A DNA stretch of 64,000 nucleotides from an uncultured Thermoplasmata archaeon (GTDB lineage: Archaea > Thermoplasmatota > Thermoplasmata > Lutacidiplasmatales > UBA184). A model generated the notes under the pieces. The model was not told the origin of the DNA. It saw only the letters and a program-made list of their open reading frames with translations, and did not search any database. Both the position numbers and the translations under genes were made by a program. Numbering within the stretch: position 1 is the first letter of the stretch; each line of letters begins with the position of its first letter. Where the stretch lies: positions 455,807 to 519,806 of the forward strand of contig CAVOMG010000001.1 in assembly GCA_963696985.1 (NCBI GenBank), written 5' to 3'. Shown one piece after another: positions 63,254 to 64,000 of the stretch.

Positions 63254-64000
63254 ATGGGCAAGTGGGTACCACGGGCCGCTCTGCTGGCCATGGTCGTCCT
63301 GCTGCTGGCGGGGTCGCTAGCGGGGATCGGCCAGGCGCAGGCAGGCTCGACGCCGACCTATACCCTACTGGGGTACGTGGAAGGGACGGGCGGGGTCAGC
63401 GCGCCGCCGGTCCCCGCGGGCGTCACCGTGGTCCTCACCTCCTCGGCCACCGGCCAGAACTACTCGACCCAGACCTCCCTGTCGAGCGGGCAGTTCACCT
63501 TCTCCTCCACCGGGAACGCCCCCGGCCTGCAGCCGGGCTGGTGGGGACTGTCGGTGCCGCCCCAGACGCACGCGACGCTGGAGGGGACGAGCGGCCAGGC
63601 GCTGCCCGGGACGTACGCCGTCCTTCCGCAGAACCTGACGGCCCAGTTCAGCTACCTGACCTCCGCGAACCTCACGAACTCCGTCCCCGTGACCATCCAC
63701 GACGTCAGCGTCGCCCAGGAGAACGTCACCGTCAACGGGACGGTCTCCTTCCAGGGGCACCCGTATGCCGGGGCCCTCGTGCAGGCGATCGCGCCGGGGT
63801 ACGGGAACTTCGTTCTCGCGAGCAACACCACGACGAACATCAACAACAAGACCCAGAACCTCCACACCGGATACTTTTCCTTGCTCGTCCCGTGGGGGAA
63901 CTGGGTCCTCGAGACCACGATCCCGGGCGCCCCGAACTACTACAACCAGACCGCGCTCGTGGTCGACCAGACCACCGCCCCGGCGACCGGGAACCTCACG
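63254..64000 (+). CDS. Secreted surface glycoprotein (S-layer-like candidate), 5' partial; not in the ORF track
   Basis: Open frame from ATG 63254 to the window end: MGKWVPRAALLAMVVLLLAGSLAGIGQAQA signal peptide, then beta-rich T/S/N/G sequence with 9 N-x-S/T sequons in 249 aa. TATA-like ATTAAGTA at 63181. Confidence 0.8.
   Translation, partial: MGKWVPRAALLAMVVLLLAGSLAGIGQAQAGSTPTYTLLGYVEGTGGVSAPPVPAGVTVVLTSSATGQNYSTQTSLSSGQFTFSSTGNAPGLQPGWWGLSVPPQTHATLEGTSGQALPGTYAVLPQNLTAQFSYLTSANLTNSVPVTIHDVSVAQENVTVNGTVSFQGHPYAGALVQAIAPGYGNFVLASNTTTNINNKTQNLHTGYFSLLVPWGNWVLETTIPGAPNYYNQTALVVDQTTAPATGNLT

Overview
A very GC-rich archaeal core-genome window from a Thermoplasmatota-type organism. The assignment rests on a stand-alone 16S rRNA gene with a Thermoplasmata-like 3' end, an unsplit rpoB in an rpoH-B-A1-A2-L30e-nusA operon, VAT/CDC48 and aCPSF1 beside psmB; an uncultured soil or peat lineage is inference only. 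No mobile elements or CRISPR arrays were seen. About 15 single-base frameshifts occur, including in essential genes (rpoA1 twice, alaS, guaA), and are best read as uncorrected long-read indels; genes are reported as repaired. The most striking signal is invisible in the ORF track: tRNA-Lys(UUU) upstream of rpoH has two non-canonical bulge-helix-bulge (BHB) introns (D-loop 20/21 and T-loop 59/60), tRNA-Gly(UCC) has a different 59/60 intron, and the tRNA ligase RtcB is encoded in the same window. Other notable items: a biotin operon with transcarboxylase architecture (BirA, 12S, 5S, 1.3S; no biotin carboxylase), a CCG-anchored SdhABE complex, a B12 mutase with isobutyryl-CoA-mutase residues, a mutS-mutL-PD-(D/E)XK nuclease operon, an alpha/beta hydrolase with Ala at the nucleophile, an uncalled 57-aa ORF, and large secreted glycoproteins at both ends.
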